Assembly: GCA_965197375.1 (NCBI GenBank)
Contig: CBDAMZ010000010.1
Location: forward strand, 384,844-448,843
Source: Vicinamibacterales bacterium
GTDB taxonomy: Bacteria > Acidobacteriota > Vicinamibacteria > Vicinamibacterales > UBA8438
Direction: 5' to 3'
DNA length: 64,000 nucleotides
Notes under the pieces: model-generated
Seen by the model: the letters and a program-made list of their open reading frames with translations, nothing else
What the model was told of the DNA's origin: nothing
Database searches by the model: none
Part shown: piece by piece, positions 45,253 through 56,762 of the stretch
Layout of the letters: each line of letters begins with the position of its first letter
Position numbering within the stretch: position 1 is the stretch's first letter
Position numbers and translations under genes: made by a program

Positions 45253-46566
45253 ATGCGGATTCGGGCAATTGATGCGCTGGAGGTTCTCGACTCACGTGGT
45301 AACCCTACGGTCGAGGCCCGCGTGCAACTCGAAAATAGAACCAGCGCCTCGGCACTCGTGCCCTCTGGGGCATCCGCCGGCGCGCGTGAAGCCGTTGAGC
45401 TGCGCGATGGCGAGCCCAAGCGTTACGACGGCAAAGGCGTGCAGCAAGCGGTTAAGAATGTCGGCACGGACATCAACGACGCACTTGTTGGCCACGACGT
45501 CACTGACCAGCGTGAGCTCGACGAGCGCATGATCGAGCTCGACGGCACACCAAACAAGTCACGCCTTGGCGCGAACGCCATTCTTGGGGTATCAATGGCG
45601 GCGGCACGTGCGGCTGCCCGTGTCAAGCGCCTGCCCCTTTACCGCTCGCTCAGCGACGAGCGCGCCAGCCTTCTCCCGGTACCCTGTCTCAACGTGATCA
45701 ATGGTGGCCGCCACGCCGACAACACCGTCAATTTCCAAGAATTCAAGATCGCTCCGCACAATGCGCCGTCGTTCGCCGAGTCGATCCGAATGGGAGTCGA
45801 GACGTTCCACGCGCTGAAAGCGTTGCTAAAAACCCAGGGGAAATCGACCGGTATCGGCGACGAGGGCGGTTTCGCACCGGATCTCGCCGACGACAAGGAG
45901 GCGGTCGAACTGATCCTGATGGCAATCGAGCGGGCCGGCTACCGTGCAGGTGACGATATCGTCCTTTGCCTCGATCCGGCCACTAGCGAAATGTGGGCAG
46001 ACGGGCAGTACGTCGCGTCAAAGTCTGACCGGTCGTCAAAGACGACCGCCGACATGATCGAGCTGTGGCGCACTTGGATCGACCGGTACCCCATCGTACT
46101 GATCGAGGACGCCCTGGCCGAAAACGATTGGGACGGGTGGAAGCTCCTCACCACAGAGCTGGGAGGACGTGTCGAACTTGTCGGCGATGACATTTTCTGT
46201 ACGGACCCGAAGATTCTCCAGCAGGCGATCGATCGTGGTGTTGGAAACTCGATCCTGATCAAACTCAACCAAATTGGCACCGTCTCGGAGACGTTAGAGA
46301 CCGTTCGCCTCGCCCAGCGTCACGGCTACGGCGTCTACGTGTCCCACCGGTCCGGTGAAACCGAGGACACGTTCATCGCAGACCTTGCCGTGGCGACTGG
46401 TTGTGGTCACATAAAAACGGGCTCCGGATGTCGCGGGGAGCGGACGGCCAAGTTCAACCGCCTCCTGCGCATCGAGCACGAGCTTGGGGCCCAGGCGCGG
46501 TTCGCCGGCCTCGCCGGCTTCAAACACGCGGCAGCTCCGGCCGAGCCGAGGGAGGATGACGGCTGA
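45253..46566 (+). CDS. eno: enolase (phosphopyruvate hydratase)
   Basis: [61 protein letters not shown] and [18 protein letters not shown] are near-invariant enolase blocks. Confidence 0.97.
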   Translation: MRIRAIDALEVLDSRGNPTVEARVQLENRTSASALVPSGASAGAREAVELRDGEPKRYDGKGVQQAVKNVGTDINDALVGHDVTDQRELDERMIELDGTPNKSRLGANAILGVSMAAARAAARVKRLPLYRSLSDERASLLPVPCLNVINGGRHADNTVNFQEFKIAPHNAPSFAESIRMGVETFHALKALLKTQGKSTGIGDEGGFAPDLADDKEAVELILMAIERAGYRAGDDIVLCLDPATSEMWADGQYVASKSDRSSKTTADMIELWRTWIDRYPIVLIEDALAENDWDGWKLLTTELGGRVELVGDDIFCTDPKILQQAIDRGVGNSILIKLNQIGTVSETLETVRLAQRHGYGVYVSHRSGETEDTFIADLAVATGCGHIKTGSGCRGERTAKFNRLLRIEHELGAQARFAGLAGFKHAAAPAEPREDDG

Positions 46567-46744
46567 AGATTTTGGTTTGGCGTTTCTACACGGATCGCCG
46601 ATATTTGAGTGCTTGGCGATTTACGCGGGCTGGCGCGTCAGCTTCGATCGAGGTTGAGGTGCGAACTCGAAGGCCCGGGCTGGACTTGCAACGAGTGCAA
46701 CCATACGCCAAGTCGGTCCTGTCTGGACGCTATCTCAACGAACG

Positions 46745-48358
46745 TTAGAAGTATCGTGCGAGCGTCTTCTGGCTCGGCTTGGACGTGAACCGAGAGACGA
46801 CAAACATCAACAGCGCCGAGCCAATCGTCATCGGCACGACCGGCATGTAGCCGAGGATGTCGGTGCCGCCTGGTGTGCGAGTGAGCACATCCGTGCCGCC
46901 GACGGTCAAGACCGGCACGAGGTTGCCTGGCGGTGGTGGTGGCACAACGGCCTGCAGAACCGCAACCGAGGCGACCGTCGAAGCGGTCCAGATTACCACG
47001 GCCAGCGCTCCCCACTTCGTGCTCCCCCTCCAGAACAGTGCCCCCACCAGCAGCGGAAACAGCGCCGAGTAACCCGAGAAGGCGTACTGCACCGCGAGAT
47101 TGAAGATTCCTGGCGGCGCTCGGAGTGCAATCAGATACGCGACGGTGGTGATCAGCACCACGAACAATCGCCCCATCTGAACCTGGACGCGCTCGCCGAA
47201 CCGGCTCGTCCCACCGTAATACGCGAATACATCCTTAGTGAACATTGTCGACAGGGCGAGGATTTGAGAGTCGCTCGCCATGACCGCCGCCATGATCCCG
47301 GCGCCGAGAATGCCGACCATCCAGATGGGCGCGTAGTGCTCGAGGATCAGGATGATCACGTCGTCGCCAGCTGCAGCTTGCTGAAGCGCAACGGCTTTGG
47401 CAGCACCGACAGAAAAATCGCCTGAAGCGAGCAGTGCCCGCGCGTCGAGCTTGGCGGAGATTTCAGGTACGTCGTGCATGGCGTTGGCCGCTACGCCGAG
47501 AAAGGTGCACGGCAACCAGATGGCCAGGATGCAGATCGGGTAGAACACCACAGTTTTCTTAAACTGTTGCATCCGGCGGGCCGTGAAACAGAAGATGATG
47601 ATGTGCGGGAAGGCGACGGTCGAGAGCGGGATAAAAGTGTAGCTGAAAAAAAACCGGGGCGACACCCGCTCCCGGGTTAACAGGGATGCCGTCGCGTCCG
47701 AGTCGAGCAGCGACTCTATGGCTTCCGGGTATCCTCCAATGCTTGACCCGATCAGTATTAACGCGGCCGCCCCGAAGCTCAGAAACAGAACCGTCTGAAA
47801 CGCGTTCACCCAAGCGGTTCCGCGCATACCGCCGAAGAACACGTAACTCATCACGACAACCGCCACAACGGCGCCGCCGAGCCAGTACGGCACGACACCA
47901 CCGCTCACAGCACTCAGCGTCGTGCCGCCGCCCATGACGGCGATAATGATGTATGGCACCAGTAGCGCCGCCTGGACTGCGAAAATGACGGTCCCGATGT
48001 GCCCGCACTCCCAACGGTCTCGAAACATTTGCACCGGGGTAATAAAGCCGTGCCGCTTACCAAGCGCCCATATCCGGGTGCCGATCAAGAACAGCGTCAC
48101 CGGAATGATGAGTGCTGACGATGACGCCATAAGGCCGTAAGTCACGATGCCGTTGGCAAAGGCATGGCCTGCCGACCCCAGAATGGTGAAGGCAGTCATA
48201 TTGGTACCAAAGAGTGACAGCAGGAACACTGCCGGCCCAAGTGAGCGCCCAGCCAGGAAGTAGCCTTCCGCATCCCGCTGCTTAAACCGCCGAAATGCAA
48301 AGATCCCGATGTAGAGCACGACGCCGAGGTAGGCGAAGACGACCAGCGCGGGAATCAA
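46745..48358 (-). CDS. sodium:solute symporter family transporter
   Basis: N-terminus after the TTG at 48358: [41 protein letters not shown] is the typical SSS start. GGAGGAG lies 4 nt upstream. The upstream 83 codons of the longest ORF are Arg-rich and overlap the DUF3311 gene. Confidence 0.88.
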   Translation of the reverse strand: MIPALVVFAYLGVVLYIGIFAFRRFKQRDAEGYFLAGRSLGPAVFLLSLFGTNMTAFTILGSAGHAFANGIVTYGLMASSSALIIPVTLFLIGTRIWALGKRHGFITPVQMFRDRWECGHIGTVIFAVQAALLVPYIIIAVMGGGTTLSAVSGGVVPYWLGGAVVAVVVMSYVFFGGMRGTAWVNAFQTVLFLSFGAAALILIGSSIGGYPEAIESLLDSDATASLLTRERVSPRFFFSYTFIPLSTVAFPHIIIFCFTARRMQQFKKTVVFYPICILAIWLPCTFLGVAANAMHDVPEISAKLDARALLASGDFSVGAAKAVALQQAAAGDDVIILILEHYAPIWMVGILGAGIMAAVMASDSQILALSTMFTKDVFAYYGGTSRFGERVQVQMGRLFVVLITTVAYLIALRAPPGIFNLAVQYAFSGYSALFPLLVGALFWRGSTKWGALAVVIWTASTVASVAVLQAVVPPPPPGNLVPVLTVGGTDVLTRTPGGTDILGYMPVVPMTIGSALLMFVVSRFTSKPSQKTLARYF

Positions 48359-48660
48359 TGAGCTCCTCCGGCCTGTGGTCGATCGGCACCTGGCGTGTCG
48401 GCAGCAACGCCAGCCTTGGGTTCGAGGTGTGCGGGCCACGCGTCTCGGACAAGCACCCACATCAGCACCACCACGGCAAGCGAATAGACCACGTGGTAGA
48501 AGAGGCCGACCGGCAAGAAGCCAAACATTAACGGACGGGCGCTGGTCCAAAACCACCAGTCCTGGTGAAGGACATACAATGTCACGGGCGCCAGAACGAG
48601 GAGCCAACGAGGCATGAGGTATTGTACCGGCGTTTCGCGCCGTTTACGGATCAAACCCAC
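48355..48660 (-). CDS. DUF3311-like small membrane protein (symporter partner)
   Basis: A small two-TM protein ([43 protein letters not shown]) lies directly upstream of the SSS gene, and its TGA overlaps the symporter TTG start (TTGA). The start could instead be the ATG at 48615. Confidence 0.6.
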   Translation of the reverse strand: MGLIRKRRETPVQYLMPRWLLVLAPVTLYVLHQDWWFWTSARPLMFGFLPVGLFYHVVYSLAVVVLMWVLVRDAWPAHLEPKAGVAADTPGADRPQAGGAH

Positions 48661-48683
48661 CTAAACAAAAAGGACACGCAGAC

Positions 48684-49136
48684 ATGAACGCATGGTTACC
48701 CTTTGTAATCCTCACCGTGCTAAGTTGGGGAACATATATTCCGACGCTGCACCGTGGTCAACTAGCCTTGGGGGGGAGCGGAGTTCACGCGTTCCTCATG
48801 GTAGGAATCGCTTACCTGCTCGTGGCCATCGCGCTCCCCGGAAGCATGATCGCGCGGGCGGGAACCTGGAGCCTTTTCACTCTAGCCGGCATCGGGTTCA
48901 CTCTGGCCGCTGGCACGCTGGGTGCGCTTGGCGCGCTTGGGATTGTGCTCGCCTTGATCAACGGAGGCAAACCATCAGTCGTGCCCGCACTCGTTTTCGC
49001 CGGCGCCCCGATCGTCAGCGTCTTCGTTGCGATGATCTACAACCCGCCCCAGCAGACTCCCTCTGTACTGTTCTTTCTAGGGATTCTCATGGCCGCTGGC
49101 GGGGCAGGCTTGGTTCTGGCGAATCGGCCGAGCTGA
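48684..49136 (+). CDS. hypothetical integral membrane protein (4-5 TM)
   Basis: 150 aa, strongly hydrophobic with Gly/Ala-rich helices. AAGGA lies about 9 nt upstream of the ATG. No family recognised. Confidence 0.45.
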   Translation: MNAWLPFVILTVLSWGTYIPTLHRGQLALGGSGVHAFLMVGIAYLLVAIALPGSMIARAGTWSLFTLAGIGFTLAAGTLGALGALGIVLALINGGKPSVVPALVFAGAPIVSVFVAMIYNPPQQTPSVLFFLGILMAAGGAGLVLANRPS

Positions 49137-49213
49137 TTGTCGCCTATCGCCACAAACTCTCTGGTATCGACTTCGCCTCGAAAATCTCGCTCAAGAGTGT
49201 GCGGGTCGAACCA

Positions 49214-50506
49214 CTACTCTCGTTTGCGTCGCTGTCCGATGGCGTACAGATAACCGGCTGTTCGGATAAAGATCTGGCCGTCCGATATAGCCGGAGAGCT
49301 CAAGCAATAGTCATCCAACGCATTCTCCGCCACAAGCTCGAACGTTGGTCCTGTCTTGAACACGGTAGTTAACCCTGCCTCGTTTGTTACATAGATCTTC
49401 CCGTCCGCAAGCACTGGTGAAGCACTGTAGGTACCTGGCTGTATCCGTTGCTGCCCGTAGACCAACTCTCCCGTCTTCGCGTCGTGGACATACACGATGC
49501 CTTGGTCATTCACAATGTAGACGTACTGCCCATCCGTAACAGGAGTCGGCACGTCCGGTCCGTTGTCGCTCTTCCAGACAACATGCGAGGCCAGCACGTC
49601 GCCACGACCACCAGCCTTGAGAGCAAGCATCGGTCTGACACGGGTTGGTGCGTAGATCATGTCGTCCCACACCACCGGTGATGCCACGATGCGGTACGAG
49701 CGGCCGCGTTGAGGATTCAGCCCATCCGCACGCCAGAGCTCTCGGCCGGTCTCTGGATCGTGCCCGGTGACCGCGTCTCCTCCCGTGATGACAATTTCCT
49801 CGGCACCTTCGTACCGCAGAAGTGCCGGCGTTGTATACGAGTCAGGCGATTCCCATACCGCTTCGGTTGGCCGAACTTGACGCCACACCGTTTCGCCGGT
49901 ATCACGATCAATCCTGAGGACGTACGACAGGTCATCGGTTCGCATGCCGTGCAGTACCTGAACGTACAACGCGTCCCCGTGTAGCAACGGTGACGAAGCA
50001 TACCCCCAGTTGAGCCCGAACGCACCGTAGTCCCTGGGAATGTCGCGCATCCACAGCTCGACACCGTCGAAGTCGAACGCCTTGAGGATGCCGGTACCAG
50101 TCATCACCCAAACACGCTCACCATCGGTTACCGGAGATGGTGACGACATGTTCTGCTTGCGTTCCCGATGGTTGCCACCACCCAGAAACCGCTTCCACAC
50201 GGGTTGACCCGTGTCACGGTTTATAGACCACAGCTCCAGGTTCTCCCCGTCGGCAACGCTCAGAAAGATCCTGTGTCCCCAGATAATCGGCGTGGAGCCG
50301 GTCCACTCAGGCATCTCGAGTTTCCACGCGACGTTTCGCCGCGTGTCCCATTCCACAGGGAGGTTCGTTTCAAGACTGACACCATTCCGCGTTGGACCTC
50401 GCCAGTTGGGCCAGTTTTCGGCAGACACCAAAACCTGGCTGGTGAGTGTGACCAACGCAGCGGAGCACATCACTTCCGCGCATCTTCCCACGCTATCCTC
50501 CGTCAC
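49214..50506 (-). CDS. exported PQQ-like (BamB-like) beta-propeller repeat protein
   Basis: [24 protein letters not shown] is the same N-terminal motif as the 8419 gene. Blade units include [34 protein letters not shown] and [13 protein letters not shown]. Confidence 0.75.
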   Translation of the reverse strand: MTEDSVGRCAEVMCSAALVTLTSQVLVSAENWPNWRGPTRNGVSLETNLPVEWDTRRNVAWKLEMPEWTGSTPIIWGHRIFLSVADGENLELWSINRDTGQPVWKRFLGGGNHRERKQNMSSPSPVTDGERVWVMTGTGILKAFDFDGVELWMRDIPRDYGAFGLNWGYASSPLLHGDALYVQVLHGMRTDDLSYVLRIDRDTGETVWRQVRPTEAVWESPDSYTTPALLRYEGAEEIVITGGDAVTGHDPETGRELWRADGLNPQRGRSYRIVASPVVWDDMIYAPTRVRPMLALKAGGRGDVLASHVVWKSDNGPDVPTPVTDGQYVYIVNDQGIVYVHDAKTGELVYGQQRIQPGTYSASPVLADGKIYVTNEAGLTTVFKTGPTFELVAENALDDYCLSSPAISDGQIFIRTAGYLYAIGQRRKRE

Positions 50507-50523
50507 ATAGACGATGACAAGTC

Positions 50524-52596
50524 TTACCGAACCGTTTCAACGGACGCCGACGCTTCGGTAGCCGAACGGGCAAGGTCGATCAGAAACGCGTACTGTAAGG
50601 CGTGCTCACGATATTGACGGTATCGACCTGATGCCCCACCGTGACCGGCATCCATGTTGGTCTTGAGCAACAATAGGTGATCGTCGGTCTTGAGCGCCCG
50701 GAGCTTGGCCACCCATTTCGCCGGCTCCCAGTACTGAACCTGTGAATCGTGAAGTCCTGTCATTACCAACAGATGTGGGTACCCGTGGGCCTGGACGTTG
50801 TCGTACGGCGAGTACGACTTAATATAATCGTAGAACAGTTTGTCGTTTGGGTTGCCCCATTCGTCGTACTCACCGGTCGTTAGCGGTATGGTCTCGTCCA
50901 GCATCGTGGTAACGACGTCAACAAACGGCACCTGCGCGATGCCCCCCGCGAACACATCAGGTCGCATATTAATCACGGCTCCTACCAACAGCCCGCCGGC
51001 ACTGCCGCCAATCGCGAATAGTCGGTCTGGCCGAGTGTACTGCAGGTCGATCAGATGCTCGGCACACGCGATGAAGTCTGTGAAAGTGTGCCTTTTTCTA
51101 AGCAACTTGCCATCTTCGTACCACGGTCGGCCAAGTTCCGCGCCACCTCGCACGTGCGCGATCGCGAAGATGAAGCCTCGATCGAGCAAACTGAGCCTAG
51201 GCGAGTGAAAGCTTGCATCCGTGCTAATCCCGTACGAACCGTACCCGTACAGCAGCAATGGGCTCGTCTGGTCCAACGGAGTCTCGTGGCGGGCAACGAG
51301 CGAAATCGGGATGCGAGTGCCGTCGGCGCCTGTCGCATACAGACGTTCTGTCCGATAATGTGAGGTATCAAATACTCCGACCACCTCCTCACGCTTGAGC
51401 AATCGCCGCTCGCGTGTCACCATATCGTAGTCGTACGTTGAATTAGGCGTGCTCAACGAGCTATATCCAAAACGCAGCATCTGTGTGTCAGGAATGCGGT
51501 TGTGCACATCGATGTACGCGTCGTAGGCCGGCTCAGGAAATTCGATCTCGTGCTCCCCAGCAGTACCCCAAGAACGGATACGCAGCCGGACCAAGCCATC
51601 CGTACGCTCCTGGAGCACTAGGTGATCGCAAAATATCTCGAACGTTTCTAATAACACGTCGTCCCGATGCGGGATCACCTCTATCCACTGTTTAGGCGTT
51701 GATCCTGCCCCCTGTGTCTTCAGGAGCCGAAAATTCTTGGCGTTGGCATTACTACGCACGTAGAAGTGGTCCCGGTAGTGATCGATGTGATACTCATGGC
51801 CGCGCTTCCGAGGCAGGAACACCGAAAGCATGCTGTTTGGGTGATCAGCGTCCAGGACATGGTATTCCGTGGTAAGCGTGTGACACGAAGCCACCAGAAT
51901 GAATCGCCGTGAGCGGCTTCGACCAACACTGCAGCTAAATGTCTCGTCAGCCTCATGATAGACGCGCTTGTCCTTGGCCGCATCCTCTCCGAGACGGTGA
52001 CGGTAGACCTCAAACGACCGAAGCGTCTTCGGGTGTTGGCGGGCGTAGAACACTGTGCGGCTATCGTTTGCCCAAACAAGATTGCTCGTGACGTCCGGGA
52101 TCCGATCGGGCAGCATATCGCCCGTCACGAGGTCACGAAAACGGATGGCATACTGGCGCCGCCCGACGGTATCTGTTGCGTAGGCGAGAATAGCTTCGTC
52201 TGGGCTAACCTCTAAGGTGGGAACATCGCAGTACTCGTGAGCCGAGGCAACGTCGTTAACGTCGAGGATTGCTTGCTCCGATGTGCGGGCTTGTGGCTGG
52301 CAGTAGTAAACACGGTATTCCTTCCCTTCTTCGTACCGCCAGAAGTAGAGATGCGTCCCCTCTCGGAACGGAACCGACACGTCAGTCTGCTTGATACGTC
52401 CCTTGATCTCGTTAAACAGCTCTGCCTGAAACTCGTTCGTGTGGCCAAGTTTCTCGTCGACGTAAGCGTTTTCAGCCTCCAGGTAGGCAATCACCTCCGG
52501 ATCGTCTCGCTCCCGGAGCCAGTAGTAGTCATCGATACGAACGTCACCGTGCATCTCCAGACGGTATGGCTGCTTCTTAGCGACAGGTCTGGGCAT
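50524..52596 (-). CDS. ptrB: oligopeptidase B (S9A protease II)
   Basis: [30 protein letters not shown] is the family N-terminus. [13 protein letters not shown] is the GxSxGG nucleophile block. [12 protein letters not shown] and DAGHGG complete the triad region. Confidence 0.92.
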   Translation of the reverse strand: MPRPVAKKQPYRLEMHGDVRIDDYYWLRERDDPEVIAYLEAENAYVDEKLGHTNEFQAELFNEIKGRIKQTDVSVPFREGTHLYFWRYEEGKEYRVYYCQPQARTSEQAILDVNDVASAHEYCDVPTLEVSPDEAILAYATDTVGRRQYAIRFRDLVTGDMLPDRIPDVTSNLVWANDSRTVFYARQHPKTLRSFEVYRHRLGEDAAKDKRVYHEADETFSCSVGRSRSRRFILVASCHTLTTEYHVLDADHPNSMLSVFLPRKRGHEYHIDHYRDHFYVRSNANAKNFRLLKTQGAGSTPKQWIEVIPHRDDVLLETFEIFCDHLVLQERTDGLVRLRIRSWGTAGEHEIEFPEPAYDAYIDVHNRIPDTQMLRFGYSSLSTPNSTYDYDMVTRERRLLKREEVVGVFDTSHYRTERLYATGADGTRIPISLVARHETPLDQTSPLLLYGYGSYGISTDASFHSPRLSLLDRGFIFAIAHVRGGAELGRPWYEDGKLLRKRHTFTDFIACAEHLIDLQYTRPDRLFAIGGSAGGLLVGAVINMRPDVFAGGIAQVPFVDVVTTMLDETIPLTTGEYDEWGNPNDKLFYDYIKSYSPYDNVQAHGYPHLLVMTGLHDSQVQYWEPAKWVAKLRALKTDDHLLLLKTNMDAGHGGASGRYRQYREHALQYAFLIDLARSATEASASVETVR

Positions 52597-52618
52597 GTAG
52601 GGTGAGAACCTCTCGTCT

Positions 52619-55600
52619 CTACGGGGCCTTTACAGGCGCGGCAGGCCGCTTTGGCAACGTGAGCGGATCGTCCTCGATCATACTCATCACTTCCGCCACA
52701 GCTCGCTCGAGTTGCGGGTCTCGACCAGCGATCACGGATTTCGGATCGTTCTCGACTACCATGTCTGGCTCGACACCAATCCCCTCGATCACCCAGCTTC
52801 CGTCGAGAGCATTCGTGCCGTACTGAGGCACGTTCACCGTCCCACCATCGATCAGCTGCCCGTGGTTGGTGATGCCGATTACCCCGCCCCACGAACGCTT
52901 ACCAATGAGTGGACCAAGGCCGGCCTCGCGAAATCTATAGGGGAAGATGTCACCATCTGAGGCCGAGTCCTCATCAAGGATACAGACGAGATGACCATGA
53001 AACACGGTGGATGGATAGGTGCCCGGCGTATCGAAGGTCCGCGCGAACCGGGTGCCGAGCAGTGACCGACTCAACCGCTCGATAAGCATCTGCGAAACGT
53101 TGCCCCCGCCATTCCCGCGAACGTCGATCACCAGCCCTTCCCTTCGGATCTGCCCGTAGAACCACTTAATGAACTCCCGAATTCCCTCGGCACCCATGTC
53201 CGGGATGTGAAGATACCCAACCCGCCCATCGGTCCACTCATCAACCTTACGTCGGTTCGCCTCCACCTCTTCAAGATAACGTAGTGCACGTTCGCTCGTA
53301 ATCGGTTGGTACACAACCTCGCGGGCTCCCTCGACACTCGGCTGGTCGTTAAGGGTGAACCGCACAGGTCGATCCGCACGATACCTGAGGATCTGGTAGG
53401 GGTTATCGGTCGCCAGTAACGGCTCGCCATCGATCGCGAGCAGGTAATCGCCCTCGCGGGCATCAACCCCGATCTCCGAAAGCGGAGCGCGATACGACGG
53501 TTCCTCGTTATGTCCACGGTAGATCCGGGCTAGCCTAAACCGATTGGATGCCGCGTCCGGCTCGAACACAGCACCGGGGAGTGCGACCTGCGGACGCGCG
53601 GGCGTTTCCCAATCACCACCCGTAATGTAGGCGTGGCTGACGCTGAGTTCAGCTACCATCTCACCGATCACGTAGTTGAGATCTGACCGGTGTGCCACGT
53701 GCGCAAGCAGGGGCCGGTACCGCCCCCGCAACGCCTCCCAATCGTAACCGTGCATGTTGTCGACGTAGAAGAAATCTCGGAAGCGTCGCCAGACCTCGTC
53801 GAAAATCTGCGCCCACTCCTGCGCTGGAACTCGGTCGACCATCAGCCCGAGAGTGGAGACCGGCTTCGCCTCGCCACCACTGGCCGGGTACACCTTGAAG
53901 TTGTCACCCTCCCGCACCAACAGCTGCTGACCATCGTTCGAAATCGCGTAGCCGGAAACCCCTTCGGCGATCGTGTTGGATGTCCGGTCTTCAAAGGTGT
54001 AACCGTGCAGCTCGGGACGAAGGTCGCTGCGTCGCCCGTAGTATTGCGCGGTGCCGCGGATATAGAACACGCGGCCTGGGCCTGCACTCAGCCCCTCGTA
54101 GTTGTCAAACTCGACCGGCAACCGCACTACTCGTCGTGCTAGGCCGTCGAATTCAATCGAGATTGGACTACCGGTCGACTCGATCGCGGCGCCCGCCTCT
54201 GAACCTTGAACCGGTTCTGTATCGGCACTCGCTCTATCCTCGTCGCCGTCGTCGTTGAGGATTACCTCATCACTCTCAGGCGGCAGCGGATGAATCACGT
54301 CCCCCCGCAGTGCCAGCGCGTAGATGCCGGTCTCTCGATCGACCAGGTAGTTCCACTCGAACGAACCGAGCTGTGGGGAAAACTGTCGATCTGACAGGTA
54401 GTAGAGGTAGTCGCCTTCAGGATCCCAGGCCGGGTTCCACTCGTGGAAGTACTCACCTGTAACCCGGTGCAGTGTCTTGTCCGCAGCGCGCCAGATAAAG
54501 ATCGAACTGAAGTCGTTTGGTTCGGTTAACGAGAATGCCAGATACCCACCGTTGGGTGACCAGGTGTAGTCTCGAACTTGACCTCGTGCCTCATCGGCCA
54601 CGTCGGTTAGCGTCTTGCTCTCAATGTCCAGCACGTAGAGTTCGCCATCCTTGTTACTGAATGCCAAGGACTCCCCATCGGACGACCACACTGGCGCATA
54701 CCGCATGGCCTGGCCACCCTCGGTCAGCTGGGTTGGCACACCAGCACCATCCTGCGGCACAACATAGATTTCTTCTTCTCCGGTGGCGTCTGACACAAAC
54801 GCGATCCGACTGCCATCCGGCGACCACCGAGCCCATTTATCGTGGGCGGCCGAGCTCCGCGTGAGGTTTCGCGTCGGGCCATTCTCGATCGGTGCCGTAA
54901 AGATGTCTCCACGCGCAACAAAAAGCGCGCGCTCCCCTTTCGGGCTCAGCTCGAAGTCCTCAATTAGATTCGTGGCGGAGACCCGAGACGGACGCATGGC
55001 CACACCATCGTTTGGTACTACGACCGAGAGCTTTCGAGAACGCTGCTGGTCAATCTCGTACACCTCAAGCTCACCGTTCAGCTCGTAGATAATCTGGTTC
55101 TCTCCATCATCACTCGGCCATCGGACATCCCAGGTATCGCTGTTAGTTAACTGCGTGGTCACCTGCGCGCGCAGGTCAAACCCGTATAGATTGAGCGTCC
55201 CGCTGCGATCTGAGCTGAAGTAGATCGTGTTGCCGATCCACATCGGGTCGCGGTCGGTTCTGGGATGGTCGGTAATGCGCTCAACGGCATGGGTCTCGCG
55301 GTCGAAGAGATAGAGCTCCTGCGCCCAGCCGCCTTCGTAGCGCTTCCAGGTTCGAAAGTCGCGGAACAGCGGCGAGTAGATCACGCGTGTACCGTCAGGC
55401 GAGAGATCGCCAGCACCAGATTCTGGCATCGGTAGCGGCACCGGCAACCCCCCATTCATGGACACCAAGAACAAGCGACTGTCTGACAGGGCGGTGCTGT
55501 AGCGGAGCGATCGAAACAGGACTGACTGCCCATCCGGTGTCCAGTCATACACCTGGTTGTCGTAGCCCCAGCGCGGAGGTAAGGGGCCCCTGGCCGGATA

Positions 55601-55921
55601 GTAAGTGAGTTGCTTCGGTATACCGCCTGTCGTCGGCATGATGTAAACTTGCTCATCACCATCGTATTGCCCGCTGAATGCGATCCACCGTCCATCTGGC
55701 GAGAATTTCGGAAAGAGCTCTAGACCCGGATGAGCCGTCAGACGGGTCGCAGTGCCGCCTTGGCTCGACGCCACCCACAGGTCACCGGCGTAGCAAAAAA
55801 CCACCCGATCGTTGTAGATGTCTGGAAACCGCAGCAGCATGGTCTGCGCCAAAGCCGGCGTGGCGCACACCACAATGAGAGCCGCCGACGCCATCAGCCA
55901 CATCGGAAATCGTTTGCACAT
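52619..55921 (-). CDS. tricorn protease homolog (S41 peptidase with twin beta-propellers and PDZ), exported
   Basis: LLRFPDIYNDRVVFCYAGDLWVASSQGG..FPKFSPDGRWIAFSGQYDGDEQVY is the tricorn N-terminal propeller. The PDZ block is GDYLLAIDGEPL, followed by the C-terminal S41 region. The ATG at 55921 follows AGGGGG and gives the signal peptide MCKRFPMWLMASAALIVVCATPALAQ. An alternative ATG at 55999 overlaps the upstream stop (ATGA). Confidence 0.9.
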   Translation of the reverse strand: MCKRFPMWLMASAALIVVCATPALAQTMLLRFPDIYNDRVVFCYAGDLWVASSQGGTATRLTAHPGLELFPKFSPDGRWIAFSGQYDGDEQVYIMPTTGGIPKQLTYYPARGPLPPRWGYDNQVYDWTPDGQSVLFRSLRYSTALSDSRLFLVSMNGGLPVPLPMPESGAGDLSPDGTRVIYSPLFRDFRTWKRYEGGWAQELYLFDRETHAVERITDHPRTDRDPMWIGNTIYFSSDRSGTLNLYGFDLRAQVTTQLTNSDTWDVRWPSDDGENQIIYELNGELEVYEIDQQRSRKLSVVVPNDGVAMRPSRVSATNLIEDFELSPKGERALFVARGDIFTAPIENGPTRNLTRSSAAHDKWARWSPDGSRIAFVSDATGEEEIYVVPQDGAGVPTQLTEGGQAMRYAPVWSSDGESLAFSNKDGELYVLDIESKTLTDVADEARGQVRDYTWSPNGGYLAFSLTEPNDFSSIFIWRAADKTLHRVTGEYFHEWNPAWDPEGDYLYYLSDRQFSPQLGSFEWNYLVDRETGIYALALRGDVIHPLPPESDEVILNDDGDEDRASADTEPVQGSEAGAAIESTGSPISIEFDGLARRVVRLPVEFDNYEGLSAGPGRVFYIRGTAQYYGRRSDLRPELHGYTFEDRTSNTIAEGVSGYAISNDGQQLLVREGDNFKVYPASGGEAKPVSTLGLMVDRVPAQEWAQIFDEVWRRFRDFFYVDNMHGYDWEALRGRYRPLLAHVAHRSDLNYVIGEMVAELSVSHAYITGGDWETPARPQVALPGAVFEPDAASNRFRLARIYRGHNEEPSYRAPLSEIGVDAREGDYLLAIDGEPLLATDNPYQILRYRADRPVRFTLNDQPSVEGAREVVYQPITSERALRYLEEVEANRRKVDEWTDGRVGYLHIPDMGAEGIREFIKWFYGQIRREGLVIDVRGNGGGNVSQMLIERLSRSLLGTRFARTFDTPGTYPSTVFHGHLVCILDEDSASDGDIFPYRFREAGLGPLIGKRSWGGVIGITNHGQLIDGGTVNVPQYGTNALDGSWVIEGIGVEPDMVVENDPKSVIAGRDPQLERAVAEVMSMIEDDPLTLPKRPAAPVKAP

Positions 55922-55995
55922 CTTACCCCCTGACGTGACTGACGCGTCGCCTCGGTATCTGGTAAAGCGCGCGGCGGATCCTGCTTCACGTGAGG

Positions 55996-56748
55996 TCATT
56001 TCTTAAGTGTTCGCTCCGTGTACGCGCGTACCGCTTTCTGCACAGCTGGCGAAGCCCACGCTTCCAGTACTTCCTCGTCGATCGACTTCAGGTGGTGCGA
56101 GACGCGATCCTGGGTGGGCTGGCGCACCAAGCGCTTCGTTAAGGCGAACGAGGCGGACGGGAATCGGCCCAGCCGTGCCGCGATTGCAATTGCCCGGTCT
56201 AGTAACCGTTCGGCCGGCACCAGTTCGTCGACGAATCCCTCCCTCAGAGCCTCGAGTGGCGCGCAGATCTCCCCCTCATAGATCAAGGCCTGTAAGCGGT
56301 TAGCCGGGACGGCGAATCGTAGGATCTCAAGTGCTATGCTGGGGAACGGCACACCAACGGCAAGCTCCGGTACGCCAATTCGTCCCTCCCCGTCGGCCAT
56401 CACTCGATAGTCGCACGCGCAGGCAAGAATGCAGCCGGCGGCGATCGCGTGACCGTTGATGGCCGCCACCAGCGGCTTGGGGAACGCGAACGCCTTGAAG
56501 AACGCGTCACCCAACGCTGGCAGAAATCGATCCACATAGGCGCGCCCCCCACCGGACAGGCGGCGCAGGTCGACCCCGGCGGAAAAGATGCGACCGGTGC
56601 CGGTCAACACCACCGCCGTGGTCTCCGCGTGTAACAACGCCGTCAGCTCGATCGCCAGGGCCTCAAGCAACTCCGTATCGAACGCGTTCGCCTTGCCGTG
56701 TGCCAGACGAAGCAGGGTAACGTCGCCACGGGACTCTTTGTCAATCAT
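55996..56748 (-). CDS. enoyl-CoA hydratase/isomerase (crotonase) family protein
   Basis: From the ATG at 56748: VTLLRLAHGKANAFD, VVLTGTGRIFSAGVDL and PLVAAINGHAIAAGCILACACDYRV are crotonase oxyanion-hole blocks. The longest-ORF extension would overlap the permease gene. Confidence 0.85.
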   Translation of the reverse strand: MIDKESRGDVTLLRLAHGKANAFDTELLEALAIELTALLHAETTAVVLTGTGRIFSAGVDLRRLSGGGRAYVDRFLPALGDAFFKAFAFPKPLVAAINGHAIAAGCILACACDYRVMADGEGRIGVPELAVGVPFPSIALEILRFAVPANRLQALIYEGEICAPLEALREGFVDELVPAERLLDRAIAIAARLGRFPSASFALTKRLVRQPTQDRVSHHLKSIDEEVLEAWASPAVQKAVRAYTERTLKK

Positions 56749-56762
56749 TGCTCGCGCGAGGG

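Noticed and set aside
44574-45419. 281-aa - strand ORF opposite the lipoprotein gene and the enolase start.
   Set aside because: Its composition is dominated by R/S/L, with no motifs. It overlaps the unambiguous enolase N-terminus and a + strand ORF with a proper lipobox and balanced composition.
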